A stretch of 64,000 nt of DNA from Dehalococcoidia bacterium (GTDB lineage: Bacteria > Chloroflexota > Dehalococcoidia > Plut-88900), in contig CBDBLV010000005.1 of assembly GCA_965207225.1 (NCBI GenBank), forward strand, positions 1,280,001 through 1,344,000. Direction: 5' to 3'. Below are positions 1 through 9,921 of the stretch, one piece after another (positions within the stretch are counted from its first letter, which is position 1; every line of letters begins with the position of its first letter). Below the pieces are notes generated by a model. That model was not told where the DNA came from, did no database searches, and worked only from the letters and a program-made list of their open reading frames with translations. The translations under genes were made by a program, and so were the position numbers.

Positions 1-119
1 GGCGACCCTTTCCACTCTGTCCCTGACGTCGAGCCGGAAACTCAGCATCGCATTGCGGTATTTCGCGTACTCTGAGTCCTCTATACACTGGGAAAACTGA
101 GTCCGCCTCAAGGGGCCCA

Positions 120-950
120 ATGAATCAAGACGAGATCCAGCGTTTCAACAATGAGCTGAAAGCTATGTACGATGACCCCATGTACCGGTCGATGGTCCGG
201 ATGTGGGGAGAGAACATCAATCTCGGCTATTTCGCGACCCCTGACGATGACCTCGCCATCGCCACCGAGCGTGCCAACGCCCGACTCGCAAAGGCGGCAG
301 GCCTGGGGGACGGTATGGAAATGCTGGAGGTAGCTTGCGGAGTCGGCGGTGCGGCCCGTTACGTCGCCCGACGTTTCGACGCACGTATCGTCGCCACCAA
401 CCTTTCGTGCGACCAGCTCGCTATCGCTAAAGACCGCACCGAACCTGCAATCAGCAACCGCATCTCTTACGAATACGCCGACTTTCACGACCTCCCCTAC
501 CCGGACAACAGGTTTCATGTCTGGTGGTGCGCTTTATCTGTGCTGCACGCCGTCGACAAACCCAGGGTTATCGGCGAAGCCTTCCGGGTCCTCAAGCCCG
601 GAGGTCGGATGGTTTTGACCGAGCTGACCGCAGCCGAAGGCTTGGCTCCTGAAATCCTCAAGAGGTTCTCCGCCGACGCTCACTCTCCCGGACTTTGGTC
701 AATGTCACAGTATGACCGGGGGTTCAATGAAGCGGGTTTCGCCGTCCTCGAACGCGAGGATTGGAGCGAACGTGCCCTGTGGGCCTGGCGCCGGCTCCCG
801 CATGAGCTCGAAAGTCGCCGCACTGAAATTGAATCGGACGTTGGCGCTCAGCCGCTCAACGATACCCTTGACCGCTATCGCATGTGGGAGCGGGCGGCTT
901 CTGCCGGTATCGTTGGATGCGCCTTCTACGCCCTGGAAAAACCGTCCTGA
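120..950 (+). CDS. Class I SAM-dependent methyltransferase (sarcosine/dimethylglycine or tocopherol methyltransferase-like)
   Basis: LEVACGVGG SAM-binding motif I, ADFHDLPYPD, and EAFRVLKPGG motif. Confidence 0.85.
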   Translation: MNQDEIQRFNNELKAMYDDPMYRSMVRMWGENINLGYFATPDDDLAIATERANARLAKAAGLGDGMEMLEVACGVGGAARYVARRFDARIVATNLSCDQLAIAKDRTEPAISNRISYEYADFHDLPYPDNRFHVWWCALSVLHAVDKPRVIGEAFRVLKPGGRMVLTELTAAEGLAPEILKRFSADAHSPGLWSMSQYDRGFNEAGFAVLEREDWSERALWAWRRLPHELESRRTEIESDVGAQPLNDTLDRYRMWERAASAGIVGCAFYALEKPS

Positions 951-1067
951 GATCTCCTCTACCTTCAGCACTTGCCGCTAAGCCTTAACTCAGCTCGGAC
1001 TCCCTTGGACGGTTATTGGCAGTAAAAGACCCGCTCTGGGTCGGGGAGTGATGGATACCATGCGCGC

Positions 1068-1142
1068 TGGTGAGCCGTGTGGGATTCGAACCCACGACAC
1101 CCGGATTAAAAGTCCGGTGCTCTTCCGCTGAGCTAACGGCTC
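1068..1142 (-). tRNA. tRNA-Lys (anticodon TTT)
   Basis: Reverse complement reads GAGCCGT-TAGCTCAGCGGAAGAGCA-CCGGA CT TTT AA TCCGG-GTGTC-GTGGG TTCGAAT CCCAC-ACGGCTC-ACCA: full cloverleaf with encoded CCA. Confidence 0.97.
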
Positions 1143-1151
1143 CCGACCTAA

Positions 1152-1180
1152 ATCTTGTCACCCGACCCTATCCCTGTCAA
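1152..1180 (-). promoter_or_regulatory. Sigma70-like promoter of tRNA-Lys
   Basis: TTGACA-17 bp-CAAGAT on the minus strand, 9 nt upstream of the tRNA. Confidence 0.6.
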
Positions 1181-1197
1181 TTGAGTCGGCCAGGCCT

Positions 1198-1785
1198 TCA
1201 CCCGCCACCCGGACGTGCCAATGCTTTCCCTTCTCGACACGCCGGACACTCCTCCGGCCTGTAGGTTGGCACCTCCACCGTGTGACAACAGTAAAGCGGC
1301 GCCCCCACCTCCACCCCACCCCCCGATCTGTCGATCAGCACCCCCACGCCCACTACCTCCCCACCGGCTTCCTTGACCGCCTCGAGCACATCCACCACCG
1401 ACCCGCCCGTAGTCAAAATATCGTCTACTATGAGCGTCTTCTCCCCCGACTCAATGCTCAACCCCCTCCGGAAGCCTCTCCCATCCCCAACCCGCTCCGC
1501 ATACACCGCCCTGACCCCCAGAAGCCGCGCCACTTCATAAGCGAGAATCACCCCGCCCAGCGCAGGCCCGGCAACCACCTCCACCCCTTCCCCTCTGAAA
1601 CGGTCCGCCACCATCTTGCACATCCGGCCCGTATACTCAGGGAACTGCAATAGCCGGAACTTCTCCAGGTACCTCGGCGAATGCAGCCCAGAGGTCAGCA
1701 GAAAATGACCATCCATCACCACTTCTGCCCTGACCAGCATCTCTTCCACGCTTTCCCCTTGACCCGAGTCGTATTCCTTCATCAT
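1198..1785 (-). CDS. pyrE: Orotate phosphoribosyltransferase
   Basis: GHFLLTSGLHSPRY and PRPP-binding LIVDDILTTGGS. Confidence 0.93.
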   Translation of the reverse strand: MMKEYDSGQGESVEEMLVRAEVVMDGHFLLTSGLHSPRYLEKFRLLQFPEYTGRMCKMVADRFRGEGVEVVAGPALGGVILAYEVARLLGVRAVYAERVGDGRGFRRGLSIESGEKTLIVDDILTTGGSVVDVLEAVKEAGGEVVGVGVLIDRSGGGVEVGAPLYCCHTVEVPTYRPEECPACREGKALARPGGG

Positions 1786-2381
1786 TCCATCTCTGGATCA
1801 GTTGTATAGCTGTCCACCGTCCCGAAATCTTCCGGCGGCCAGTAGGCCAGCCACGCCTTGCCAACAATCTGGCTCCTGTGCACCGGCCCAAAGCTGTTCG
1901 AATCGTTGCTCTGTGGTCGGTTGTCCCCTAGCACGAAATAGTGGTCCGCGGGAATCATCAACGGACCCCTATCCCTGGGAATGCCCAATACATAGGGCTC
2001 AGTCATCGTGCGCCCATTGACCTTCAACATCCCGCCTTCAATCTCAATAGTATCCCCGGGCAACCCGACCACCCTCTTCACCAGCCTCTTCCTGGAAGGT
2101 TGCGGAGACACGATTACCACTACATCTCCCCGCTGCGGCTCCCCGAACAGATGCAATTCAGACCCCTTATCAACTTCGTAGAATGGGATAAACTTGGAGA
2201 GCCTGTCCACGTCCACAGACATATAGGCGGCCTTGTTCACGATAACATGCTGTCCCGAATGTAGATTTGGCTCCATGCTCTGTCCCAGCACCTGGTAGTT
2301 CTGGAGCACGGCCTGCACTACAAAGAAGAAGAACGCTGCCAGGGCCAGTGCCTTTGCTATGTCAACTAGCGCTTTCGTCAT
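1782..2381 (-). CDS. lepB: Signal peptidase I
   Basis: TM helix, then GQSMEPNL (catalytic Ser), LVKRVVGLPGD (catalytic Lys) and YFVLGDNR..SNDS; start taken at MTKALVDI. Confidence 0.93.
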   Translation of the reverse strand: MTKALVDIAKALALAAFFFFVVQAVLQNYQVLGQSMEPNLHSGQHVIVNKAAYMSVDVDRLSKFIPFYEVDKGSELHLFGEPQRGDVVVIVSPQPSRKRLVKRVVGLPGDTIEIEGGMLKVNGRTMTEPYVLGIPRDRGPLMIPADHYFVLGDNRPQSNDSNSFGPVHRSQIVGKAWLAYWPPEDFGTVDSYTTDPEME

Positions 2382-2560
2382 CTCAGCCCAGGCCCGTCCG
2401 AAGGCCCCACTCTGGACAACAATTATATCCGAGCCATTTTCCCCTCGCCCTTCACACAGCCCAGCCGGAACAAAGGCACTGGGTTCTACGTCTGGATTAA
2501 AGTGGGGAAAACAACTAACCCCTCTTGTGCAAAGAAGACAAGATCTCAAGGAGGTCGAAA

Positions 2561-3295
2561 ATGAAGAAGTCCAGGAGCGTCCCGGTGCTGATTGTCGCAC
2601 TCCTAGTAGGGCTGCTTGCCAGCTTCGCCTGCGGGACATCGATGGAATCTCCCGACTCTGCCACCGGAGGCGGCATCTCCGTATCCGGCACCGCTTCCAT
2701 CTCCCTCGCACCCGACATTGTCACCCTCGTCCTGGGCGTTGAGGCCCTTGACGAGTCCGTCGCCCAGGCCCGAGCCGACGCCGCCGAGGCCATGGCCGGT
2801 ATCGTGGATGTCCTGAGCGCCGCTGGGATCGAAGACAAGGACATCCAGACACAGCGACTCTCAATCCAACCCCAGTACGACTACAGCAGCGAGACCCGCC
2901 AGCTAATCGGCTTCAGCGTGAACAACATCGTCAACGTGACCATCAGGAATATCGACTCGGTCGGTTCCATAATTGACCGGTCCGTCGAAGCCGGCGGAGA
3001 CCTCACCCGTGTCCAGTCCATCTACTTCTCCGTAGACGACACTTCCTCCTACGAAAATAAACTCGTTGCAGACGCTGTCCAGGACGCCACCGACAAAGCC
3101 CAGCACCTCGCCGACCTCACCGGTGTAGCTCTCGGCAAACCAATCTCCATCAACTACGGCAGCGGTGTCCCGTACCCCGTACTTAACCGTTCCTTCGCCG
3201 TAGCCATGGAAGAATCAGCGGCCTTCGACACTTCTGTAAGCCCCGGGGAAATAGAGACCTCCGTCACCGTCAACATCCTATTCTCAATCGAATAG
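2561..3295 (+). CDS. SIMPL/DUF541 family lipoprotein
   Basis: AGGAGG RBS, lipobox-like LASFAC, ISVSGTASISLAPD, and PGEIETSVTVNILFSI C-terminus. Confidence 0.85.
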   Translation: MKKSRSVPVLIVALLVGLLASFACGTSMESPDSATGGGISVSGTASISLAPDIVTLVLGVEALDESVAQARADAAEAMAGIVDVLSAAGIEDKDIQTQRLSIQPQYDYSSETRQLIGFSVNNIVNVTIRNIDSVGSIIDRSVEAGGDLTRVQSIYFSVDDTSSYENKLVADAVQDATDKAQHLADLTGVALGKPISINYGSGVPYPVLNRSFAVAMEESAAFDTSVSPGEIETSVTVNILFSIE

Positions 3296-3317
3296 CTCCC
3301 CAAATCTCCCACCTTCT

Positions 3318-3355
3318 TGAAGAGGCGCCGGAGCAATTGCCCCGGCGCCTCTTCA
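3318..3355. terminator. 14-bp stem hairpin after the SIMPL gene (terminator or REP-like)
   Basis: TGAAGAGGCGCCGG-N10-CCGGCGCCTCTTCA perfect inverted repeat; no long U-tract. Confidence 0.5.
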
Positions 3356-3482
3356 CTCGCCTCACCCCGAAACATCAATATCAATCCAGAGACGCCCAAC
3401 TCCACTGGAATCTCCACTCCCGTATTGCTAATATATCCCCTCCAATCCCCACCCCTCCCGCATACAAACATAGGACGAGAGC

Positions 3483-4073
3483 GTGGTACTTAGCGACAGA
3501 ACAATAAGAGAAGAAATCGCCCAAGGGCGCATAGTCATTGAACCCCTTGACCCCTCCGACATCCAGCCCGCCAGTATCGACGTGCACCTCGACGATACCG
3601 TCCTCGTCTTCCGCAACTCCCGCAAACCCTACATAGACGTCCGCCAGGACACGTCTGACCTCACCGACATGGAGCAGATCTCTGACGATAACCCATTTAT
3701 CCTCCACCCCGGCGAGTTCGTCCTGGCCAGCACCTCCGAGCACATCGAAATCCCCGACGACATCGTCGCCCGACTCGAAGGCAAGAGCTCCCTCGGCCGC
3801 ATCGGCCTCCTCATCCACTCTACCGCCGGCTACGTCGACCCGGGCTGGAAAGGTCACCTCACACTGGAGTTGAGCAACGTCGCCAACCTCCCCGTGACCC
3901 TCTATTCCGGCATGAAAATAGGCCAGATCTCCTTCCTTCGCCTCTCCAGCCCCGTCGAGAACCCCTACGGCTCCAAGGCTCTCGGCAGCAAGTATCAGGG
4001 CCAGACCCAGCCGACAGCCAGCAGGATTCATGTAGACTTCAAGTCCCGTCCCGCGGGGGACGAGCCCTGTTGA
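3483..4073 (+). CDS. dcd: dCTP deaminase
   Basis: IQPASIDVHL, ARLEGKSSLGRIGL, TAGYVDPGWKGHLTLEL, KYQGQ. Confidence 0.95.
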   Translation: MVLSDRTIREEIAQGRIVIEPLDPSDIQPASIDVHLDDTVLVFRNSRKPYIDVRQDTSDLTDMEQISDDNPFILHPGEFVLASTSEHIEIPDDIVARLEGKSSLGRIGLLIHSTAGYVDPGWKGHLTLELSNVANLPVTLYSGMKIGQISFLRLSSPVENPYGSKALGSKYQGQTQPTASRIHVDFKSRPAGDEPC

Positions 4074-5197
4074 GTCCCTCGCCCTCCCCCCGCCCCGCCG
4101 CAAGCTACATGGAGCATTGCCTCTCCCTCGCTCGTCGCTCCCTCGGACTCTCTTCACCCAACCCCGCGGTCGGCGCGGTTGTGGTCAAGGATGGAGAAGT
4201 CATCGGCGAAGGCAGCACCCGTCCCCCGGGTCAGTCCCACGCCGAGATTGTTGCATTGCAGCAGGCCGGTTCCGCAGCCCGCGGCGCCGAAGTCTATGTA
4301 ACCCTTGAGCCCTGCTGCTTCGCCGGCCGCACCCCTCCCTGCACCACCGCCATCATTGAAAGCGGGATCACCAGGGTTCACGTCGCCACCCTTGACCCCA
4401 ACCCTCGGGTCTCCGGCAAGGGAGTACGTGAGATGCAAAACGCTGGCATCGAGGTGGTCTTGGGAGAGTGCCGCACTGCCGCCGACCGCATCGTCGAAGG
4501 TTACGCCAAGTACATTTCCACCGGCAGACCCTTCGTCACCGCCAAGTTCGCCGCCAGCCTCGATGGAAAGATTGCTACCCGCTCCGGCGACTCCCGCTGG
4601 ATCACCGGCCCCGAGGCCCGCGCCCATGCCCATCGCATCCGACGTAGCGTCGACGGCATCATCGTCGGCTCCGGTACGGTCAACGCCGACAACCCAAGGC
4701 TCACTGCTCGTGACCCCAGCGGCGCCCTCCTCGACCGTCAGCCCGCACGCATCATCGTTGCCGGTGCCCGACCCATCTCCCCCGATTCCCACGTCTTTGA
4801 AAACCAGGGTCGCGCCATATTCGCATCACCCCATATCTCCCAAGACCTTCGCGACAGCTTGGAACAAAAGAATGTTGAGGTGCTCCAGGTTCCACCCTCG
4901 TCAAATGGTGTAGACCTCGAAGCCCTCCTCAAGCTGCTCGGCGACCGAGAGATCACTACCGTCCTCGTAGAGGGGGGAGGCGCTCTCCTCGGCTCCTTCT
5001 TCGATTGCCGCCTCGTCGAAAAAGTTGTTGCATTCATTGCTCCGGTTATAATAGGCGGAGAGGATGGCATCGGGGCGGTCGGTGGCAGAGGCCCGAGCGC
5101 CGTGGCGGAGGCGTTCAAGCTCAGCGAAGTCCACGTCGAGACCCTAAACCCCGATATCATCGTCACCGGGTACCTCAAAGGGCAGCCGAATAGCTAG
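4070..5197 (+). CDS. ribD: Bifunctional diaminohydroxyphosphoribosylaminopyrimidine deaminase/reductase
   Basis: SPNPAVGAV, HAE, TLEPC..GRTPPC Zn motif, ASLDGKIA, VLVEGG. Confidence 0.95.
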   Translation: MSPSPSPRPAASYMEHCLSLARRSLGLSSPNPAVGAVVVKDGEVIGEGSTRPPGQSHAEIVALQQAGSAARGAEVYVTLEPCCFAGRTPPCTTAIIESGITRVHVATLDPNPRVSGKGVREMQNAGIEVVLGECRTAADRIVEGYAKYISTGRPFVTAKFAASLDGKIATRSGDSRWITGPEARAHAHRIRRSVDGIIVGSGTVNADNPRLTARDPSGALLDRQPARIIVAGARPISPDSHVFENQGRAIFASPHISQDLRDSLEQKNVEVLQVPPSSNGVDLEALLKLLGDREITTVLVEGGGALLGSFFDCRLVEKVVAFIAPVIIGGEDGIGAVGGRGPSAVAEAFKLSEVHVETLNPDIIVTGYLKGQPNS

Positions 5198-5210
5198 ACA
5201 AGCTGGACCA

Positions 5211-5834
5211 TTGTTTACTGGCATAGTCGAAGAGCTCGGCCAAACCGTTTCCATGGAGAGTTCCAGGCTCTCCATTTCCGCATCAGCCGTGCTGGACGAC
5301 TCCCGCATCGGCGACAGTATTTCCGTCAACGGGACCTGCCTCACCATCACCGAAATAGATGCTGGCCGCATCTCGTTCGACGTTATGCCCGAGACCCTCC
5401 GCCGGACCAACCTCGGCGACCTGCAGCCCGGCTCCGCCGTCAACCTGGAAAGGGCCCTTACGCTCAGTGCTCGGCTCGGTGGCCACGTAATGCAGGGCCA
5501 CGTCGATGGTCGCGGCACGGTCGTCTCTGTCACCCCCGACCAGGACGCCTGGATTATGGAAATCCGCCCCCCCGCCGACCTACTCCCCTACATCGTCTCT
5601 AAAGGCTTCATCGGCGTCGATGGCGCAAGCCTCACCGTTGCTGAGCGCCTTCCGGATACCTTCACCGTCTCCCTGGTAATCTATACTTGGGAGCACACTA
5701 CCCTCAGCCGGCGTGCCGTTGGTCAAGCCGTTAACCTTGAGGTCGACATCCTAGCCAAGTACGTCGAGCAGTTGGTCAAGAGCGGTGACCTTTCCGCGTC
5801 TCCCCTCTCCGCCATTGCGAGTCCCCAGCACTGA
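5211..5834 (+). CDS. ribE: Riboflavin synthase (alpha chain)
   Basis: MFTGIVEE start, [36 protein letters not shown]. Confidence 0.95.
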   Translation: MFTGIVEELGQTVSMESSRLSISASAVLDDSRIGDSISVNGTCLTITEIDAGRISFDVMPETLRRTNLGDLQPGSAVNLERALTLSARLGGHVMQGHVDGRGTVVSVTPDQDAWIMEIRPPADLLPYIVSKGFIGVDGASLTVAERLPDTFTVSLVIYTWEHTTLSRRAVGQAVNLEVDILAKYVEQLVKSGDLSASPLSAIASPQH

Positions 5835-5860
5835 GGCCCTGGATTACCGGAGGATACTGG

Positions 5861-7054
5861 ATGCAATTCGCCACCATCCCCGAAGCCATCGCCGACTTCC
5901 AGGAAGGCAAGATGGTGATCATCGTAGACGACGAGGACCGGGAGAACGAAGGCGACCTCACCGTTGCCGCTGATAAGTGTACCCCCGAGATTATCAACTT
6001 CATGGCCACCCACGGCCGTGGTCTCATCTGCATTTCCATGACCGGAGAGCGTCTGGAAGAGCTCCGCATCCCCATGATGGTCCAGGACAACACCGCCCCC
6101 TTCGAGACCGCATTCACCGTCTCCGTCGAAGCACGACGCGAAGTCACCACCGGCATCTCCGCCTTCGACCGCGCCCGTACCGTTGCCACCCTCATTGACC
6201 CCGATGCCCGCCCCGAAGACCTCACCCGTCCCGGCCACATGTTTCCCCTTCGCGCCCGGGAAGGTGGCGTCCTGGTCCGGGCAGGCCAGACCGAGGCCGC
6301 AGTCGACCTCGCCAAACTCTCAGGACTCTACCCCGCAGGCGTCATCTGCGAGATCATGAACACAGATGGCTCCATGGCCCGACTTCCCAACCTAAGAAAG
6401 TTCGCCAACGAGCACGACCTCAAGATTATCACCGTCGCAGACCTCATCTCCTTCCGCATGCGCAATGACAAGCTCGTCAAGCGCTTCGCCGAGTCCCGCC
6501 TTCCCACCGGCTACGGTGAGTTCCAGGCCATCGCCTACTCCACTTCCATCAATCAGGATGAACACATTGCCCTCGTCAAAGGCGAAATCACCGGCGATAA
6601 GCCCGTCCTGGTTCGTGTCCATAGCCAGTGCCTCACCGGCGACGTCTTCTCCAGCTCCCGCTGCGACTGCGGCGAGCAGATGGGCCTCGCCCTTAAAGCC
6701 ATCGAACAAGAAGGACGAGGGGTCTTTGTCTATATGCGCCAGGAAGGCCGCGGAATTGGCCTCCACAACAAGATCAGGGCCTACGCCCTCCAGGACCACG
6801 GCATGGACACCGTCGAGGCCAACGAGGCCCTCGGTTTCCCCGCCGACCGCCGAGACTACGGCATCGGCATGCAGATCCTCGTCGACCTCGGCGTCCGCGA
6901 GATGCGCCTCCTCACCAACAATCCTGCCAAGCGTGCAGGTCTCGAAGGCTATAACCTTCACGTTGTCGAAAGAGTCCCAATCCACCCCACAGTCAACGAG
7001 CACAACAAGCACTACCTCGAGACCAAGAAGCAGAAGTTGGGCCACCTGATCTAA
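5861..7054 (+). CDS. ribBA: Bifunctional DHBP synthase / GTP cyclohydrolase II
   Basis: [48 protein letters not shown]. Confidence 0.96.
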   Translation: MQFATIPEAIADFQEGKMVIIVDDEDRENEGDLTVAADKCTPEIINFMATHGRGLICISMTGERLEELRIPMMVQDNTAPFETAFTVSVEARREVTTGISAFDRARTVATLIDPDARPEDLTRPGHMFPLRAREGGVLVRAGQTEAAVDLAKLSGLYPAGVICEIMNTDGSMARLPNLRKFANEHDLKIITVADLISFRMRNDKLVKRFAESRLPTGYGEFQAIAYSTSINQDEHIALVKGEITGDKPVLVRVHSQCLTGDVFSSSRCDCGEQMGLALKAIEQEGRGVFVYMRQEGRGIGLHNKIRAYALQDHGMDTVEANEALGFPADRRDYGIGMQILVDLGVREMRLLTNNPAKRAGLEGYNLHVVERVPIHPTVNEHNKHYLETKKQKLGHLI

Positions 7055-7073
7055 CCGGCAGGGCAAACTTCCT

Positions 7074-7553
7074 ATGACCAAGACCTACACGGGCGACACC
7101 CTCGGCCAGGGCCTCCGCATCGGCATTGCCGTCTCCCGCTTCAACGAGTCAGTCACAACCAGGCTCCTAGACGGCGCCATCGAGGGCCTCACCGCTAATG
7201 GCGTATCCAGGCAGGAAATAGACGTGGCCTGGACGCCCGGCGCCCTTGAACTCCCCGTCGTCGCCAAGCAGATGGCCGACAGCGGCCGCTACGATGCCAT
7301 TATCTGCGTCGGCGCGGTCATAAGAGGTGAGACCGCCCACTTCGACTACGTCTCAGCCGGTGCCCAGCAGGGAGTAGTTCAGGCAGCCCTCGAAACAGGC
7401 GTACCCATCATGTTCGGGGTCCTGACCACCGACAACGTAGAGCAGGCCATGGCACGCTCCGGCGGCAAGAAAGGCAACAAGGGCTTCGACGCCGCTGCTG
7501 GTGCCATAGAAATGGCCAACCTCCTCAAGTCCCTCCCCGGCAGCTACTCCTAG
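7074..7553 (+). CDS. ribH: 6,7-dimethyl-8-ribityllumazine synthase
   Basis: VSRFN, PGALELP, GAVIRGETAHFDYV, GNKG. Confidence 0.96.
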   Translation: MTKTYTGDTLGQGLRIGIAVSRFNESVTTRLLDGAIEGLTANGVSRQEIDVAWTPGALELPVVAKQMADSGRYDAIICVGAVIRGETAHFDYVSAGAQQGVVQAALETGVPIMFGVLTTDNVEQAMARSGGKKGNKGFDAAAGAIEMANLLKSLPGSYS

Positions 7554-7567
7554 CCACACCCCTTCCC

Positions 7568-8047
7568 CTACCTCACCGCAAATACCCGATACCCTACACT
7601 GGGATTCGGCATGTCCTCCGGTATGAACCCCCGGGCCACACCCAAAATCCCGTTCAACCACCTGTACCTCTCCGACGCAGTCTCAAACAGCACCGACACG
7701 TAGAAGTAGGTATCCTCCTCCGGCCCCGGGTCTACCCACTTCCCTTCTTTGCCTGACCTATCCCTGTATCGGAATACCCCCCTGTAATTCATCATTATCA
7801 AGTCCCCGTCTTCCGATTCAAGCGTGATTCTGGCATCTATTTCCACAACTCCGTCGCTTCTCATCAGAAACGGGTCCCCACCCCCAGCCAACACCGTCCC
7901 CTTGAGCGCCGGCCCCTCCACCCATGCCCCTGCCCGAGGGTACGTGAACCTGCGATATCCCAGCGGCCCTTGCCCTATCACATGGTGCTTGCCCTGTGGA
8001 ATCTTCACCTCGAACAGGAACTCGGTCTCTATCTCTTTCGGCGCCAT
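7568..8047 (-). CDS. DUF3237 family protein
   Basis: G.RR..P..G..VEGP.L.G.VL.GGGD, FETASERYRWLN motif. Confidence 0.8.
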   Translation of the reverse strand: MAPKEIETEFLFEVKIPQGKHHVIGQGPLGYRRFTYPRAGAWVEGPALKGTVLAGGGDPFLMRSDGVVEIDARITLESEDGDLIMMNYRGVFRYRDRSGKEGKWVDPGPEEDTYFYVSVLFETASERYRWLNGILGVARGFIPEDMPNPSVGYRVFAVR

Positions 8048-8132
8048 ATCCCACTCCTTACACTAAAATCACTGCCATCCCATTCTAACTCCCTGGATAT
8101 TCGCCCCCTCTCATCCCCAAGCCTCTTCTCCC

Positions 8133-8160
8133 TGTCATTCCGATGCCCCGCGAGGAATCT
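8133..8160 (+). repeat. REP-like family R1 (TGTCATTCCGA[T/G]GCCCCGCGAGGAATCT)
   Basis: Same imperfect palindrome recurs at about 12 sites in the window. Confidence 0.85.
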
Positions 8161-8279
8161 GGCGCGGGCGTTCCCTTCCCTCTGGGCCCTGCCGCAACAC
8201 ATCCCGAGTACCTCAAGGGCTTGAACAGGGACTCCCCCGCAAGGCCCCTTACATCACATCCGGCCCCCGACACACCTCC

Positions 8280-8747
8280 CTACCTGACTGCAAACACCTG
8301 GTACCCTATGCACGGCCTCGGAAAGTCCTCCGGGTTGAACCCCCTCGCCACCCCCACTATCCCGTTTAGCCACTTGTAGTTCTCCGACGCAGTCTCAAAC
8401 AGGACCGACACGTAGAAATACGCATATTGCCGTGTCACCTGGTCTTTCCCCGCTCCACCCTCTTCATAGCGCACTAGGCCCTTGTATTCCATCATTATCA
8501 GGTCACCGGCTTCTGACTGGATTGTAATCCTGGCGTCCACCAAGCCGACTCCATCATGACGCATGAGCAGCGGATCCCCACCCCCCGCCAGGACGGTCCC
8601 ATTCAAGGCCGGCCCCTCAACTATGGCCCCTTCCAGTGGATACGTTATCCTCCTGTTCCCCAGTGGTCCGTCTCCAATCAAGTGGTGCGGCCCCTGCGGA
8701 ATCCTTACCTCAAACAAGAACTCAGTCTCTATATCTTTCGGCGCCAT
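8280..8747 (-). CDS. DUF3237 family protein (tandem paralog)
   Basis: Near-identical N-terminus MAPK(D/E)IETEFLFEV and C-terminus FETASE.Y.WLNG..VFAVR to 7568..8047. Confidence 0.8.
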   Translation of the reverse strand: MAPKDIETEFLFEVRIPQGPHHLIGDGPLGNRRITYPLEGAIVEGPALNGTVLAGGGDPLLMRHDGVGLVDARITIQSEAGDLIMMEYKGLVRYEEGGAGKDQVTRQYAYFYVSVLFETASENYKWLNGIVGVARGFNPEDFPRPCIGYQVFAVR

Positions 8748-8942
8748 CTCTTACTCCCTACGCATTGATTGTTGCCTTTCATTCTAACCCCGAGCTCCCA
8801 TATCCCCTTCCCATCCCGAGGCCCCGCGAGATGCCTGAAGCGTCCTGCATTCCTTCCACATCAATCGCCGCACCCCACCCCCTTGCCCCCTCCTCCCTTC
8901 CCCGATACCATCAATCCCAACCATTCCCCACAAGGAGCCCCC

Positions 8943-9818
8943 ATGCCCAAAGCCAACGTAAACGGCATCAACCTACACTACGAGACCCGCGGCCAGGGTT
9001 TCCCCATAGTCTTCGTCCACGAATACGCCGGCAGCTGGGAGAGCTGGAATTCCCAGGTCGCCTTCTTCTCCCGCAGCTACTCTACCGTCGCCTACAACGC
9101 CCGCGGCTATCCCCCCTCAGACGTCCCCTCCGACCCCGACTCCTACTCCCAGCAGCATGCCGTCGATGACCTCTACGGTCTCCTATGCCATCTGGATATC
9201 AAGGAGGCCTACGTTTGCGGCCTCTCTATGGGTGGCAACGTCGCTCTACATTTCGCCTTCCAGCATCCCGCAATGGCCCGGGGCATCGTCGTCGCTGGCA
9301 CGGGCTCCGGCAGCACCGACTCATCGCGCTGGGGCCATCAGATTGACGACCTCGCCACCAGGATGGAGACCCAGGGCATGGACTCCATGGCCTTTTACAC
9401 CAGGACCCAGACCCGCACCCAGCTCCTTCGCAAGGACCCCGACGCCTGGGAGGAGTTCAACCGACTCTTCCTTACCCACTCCGCCATAGGCTCCGCCCTC
9501 ACCTTCCGCGGCGTCCAGGGCAAAAGACCCTCGATTTTCGACCTCGGTGATCAGTGCCGCCGGCTAACCGTACCCACTATCATCATGGTCGGCGACGAAG
9601 ATGCCCCCTGCATCGAGCCCTCCCTCTTCATGAAGCGCAACATCGCCCCCTCCGGCCTCCTCGTATTCCCCCAGACCGGCCATACCATGAATCTCGAAGA
9701 GCCCATGCTCTTCAACCACTCCGTCCAGATGTTCATCAACGCTGTCGAAGAAGGTCGCTGGGCAACCCAGGACATCACTCAGGACCCCGACTTCCTCGTC
9801 ACCCCCGACTCCCGATAA
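8943..9818 (+). CDS. Alpha/beta fold hydrolase
   Basis: AAGGAG RBS, HE oxyanion region, GLSMGG nucleophile elbow, GDED acid, GH catalytic His. Confidence 0.88.
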   Translation: MPKANVNGINLHYETRGQGFPIVFVHEYAGSWESWNSQVAFFSRSYSTVAYNARGYPPSDVPSDPDSYSQQHAVDDLYGLLCHLDIKEAYVCGLSMGGNVALHFAFQHPAMARGIVVAGTGSGSTDSSRWGHQIDDLATRMETQGMDSMAFYTRTQTRTQLLRKDPDAWEEFNRLFLTHSAIGSALTFRGVQGKRPSIFDLGDQCRRLTVPTIIMVGDEDAPCIEPSLFMKRNIAPSGLLVFPQTGHTMNLEEPMLFNHSVQMFINAVEEGRWATQDITQDPDFLVTPDSR

Positions 9819-9873
9819 ACCAACAACAAGGCTGCCCGGAACTCCTGGCCAAGGGTTGTGGGAGGGGTCCGGC

Positions 9874-9911
9874 CCCCTCTCCTTTGACGGGAGAGGGCTG
9901 GGGTGAGGGTG
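9874..9911 (-). repeat. REP-like family R2 (CACCCTCACCCNRNCCCTCTCCCNTCAAGGGAGAGGG)
   Basis: Also at 19342-19372, 46556-46593, 57821-57859 and 59015-59053. Confidence 0.8.
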
Positions 9912-9921
9912 GCCCCACCCC

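Noticed and set aside
1-75. Open frame ending in TGA at 73-75 (possible 3' end of an upstream gene)
   Set aside because: Only 24 codons are visible; cannot be supported or identified.
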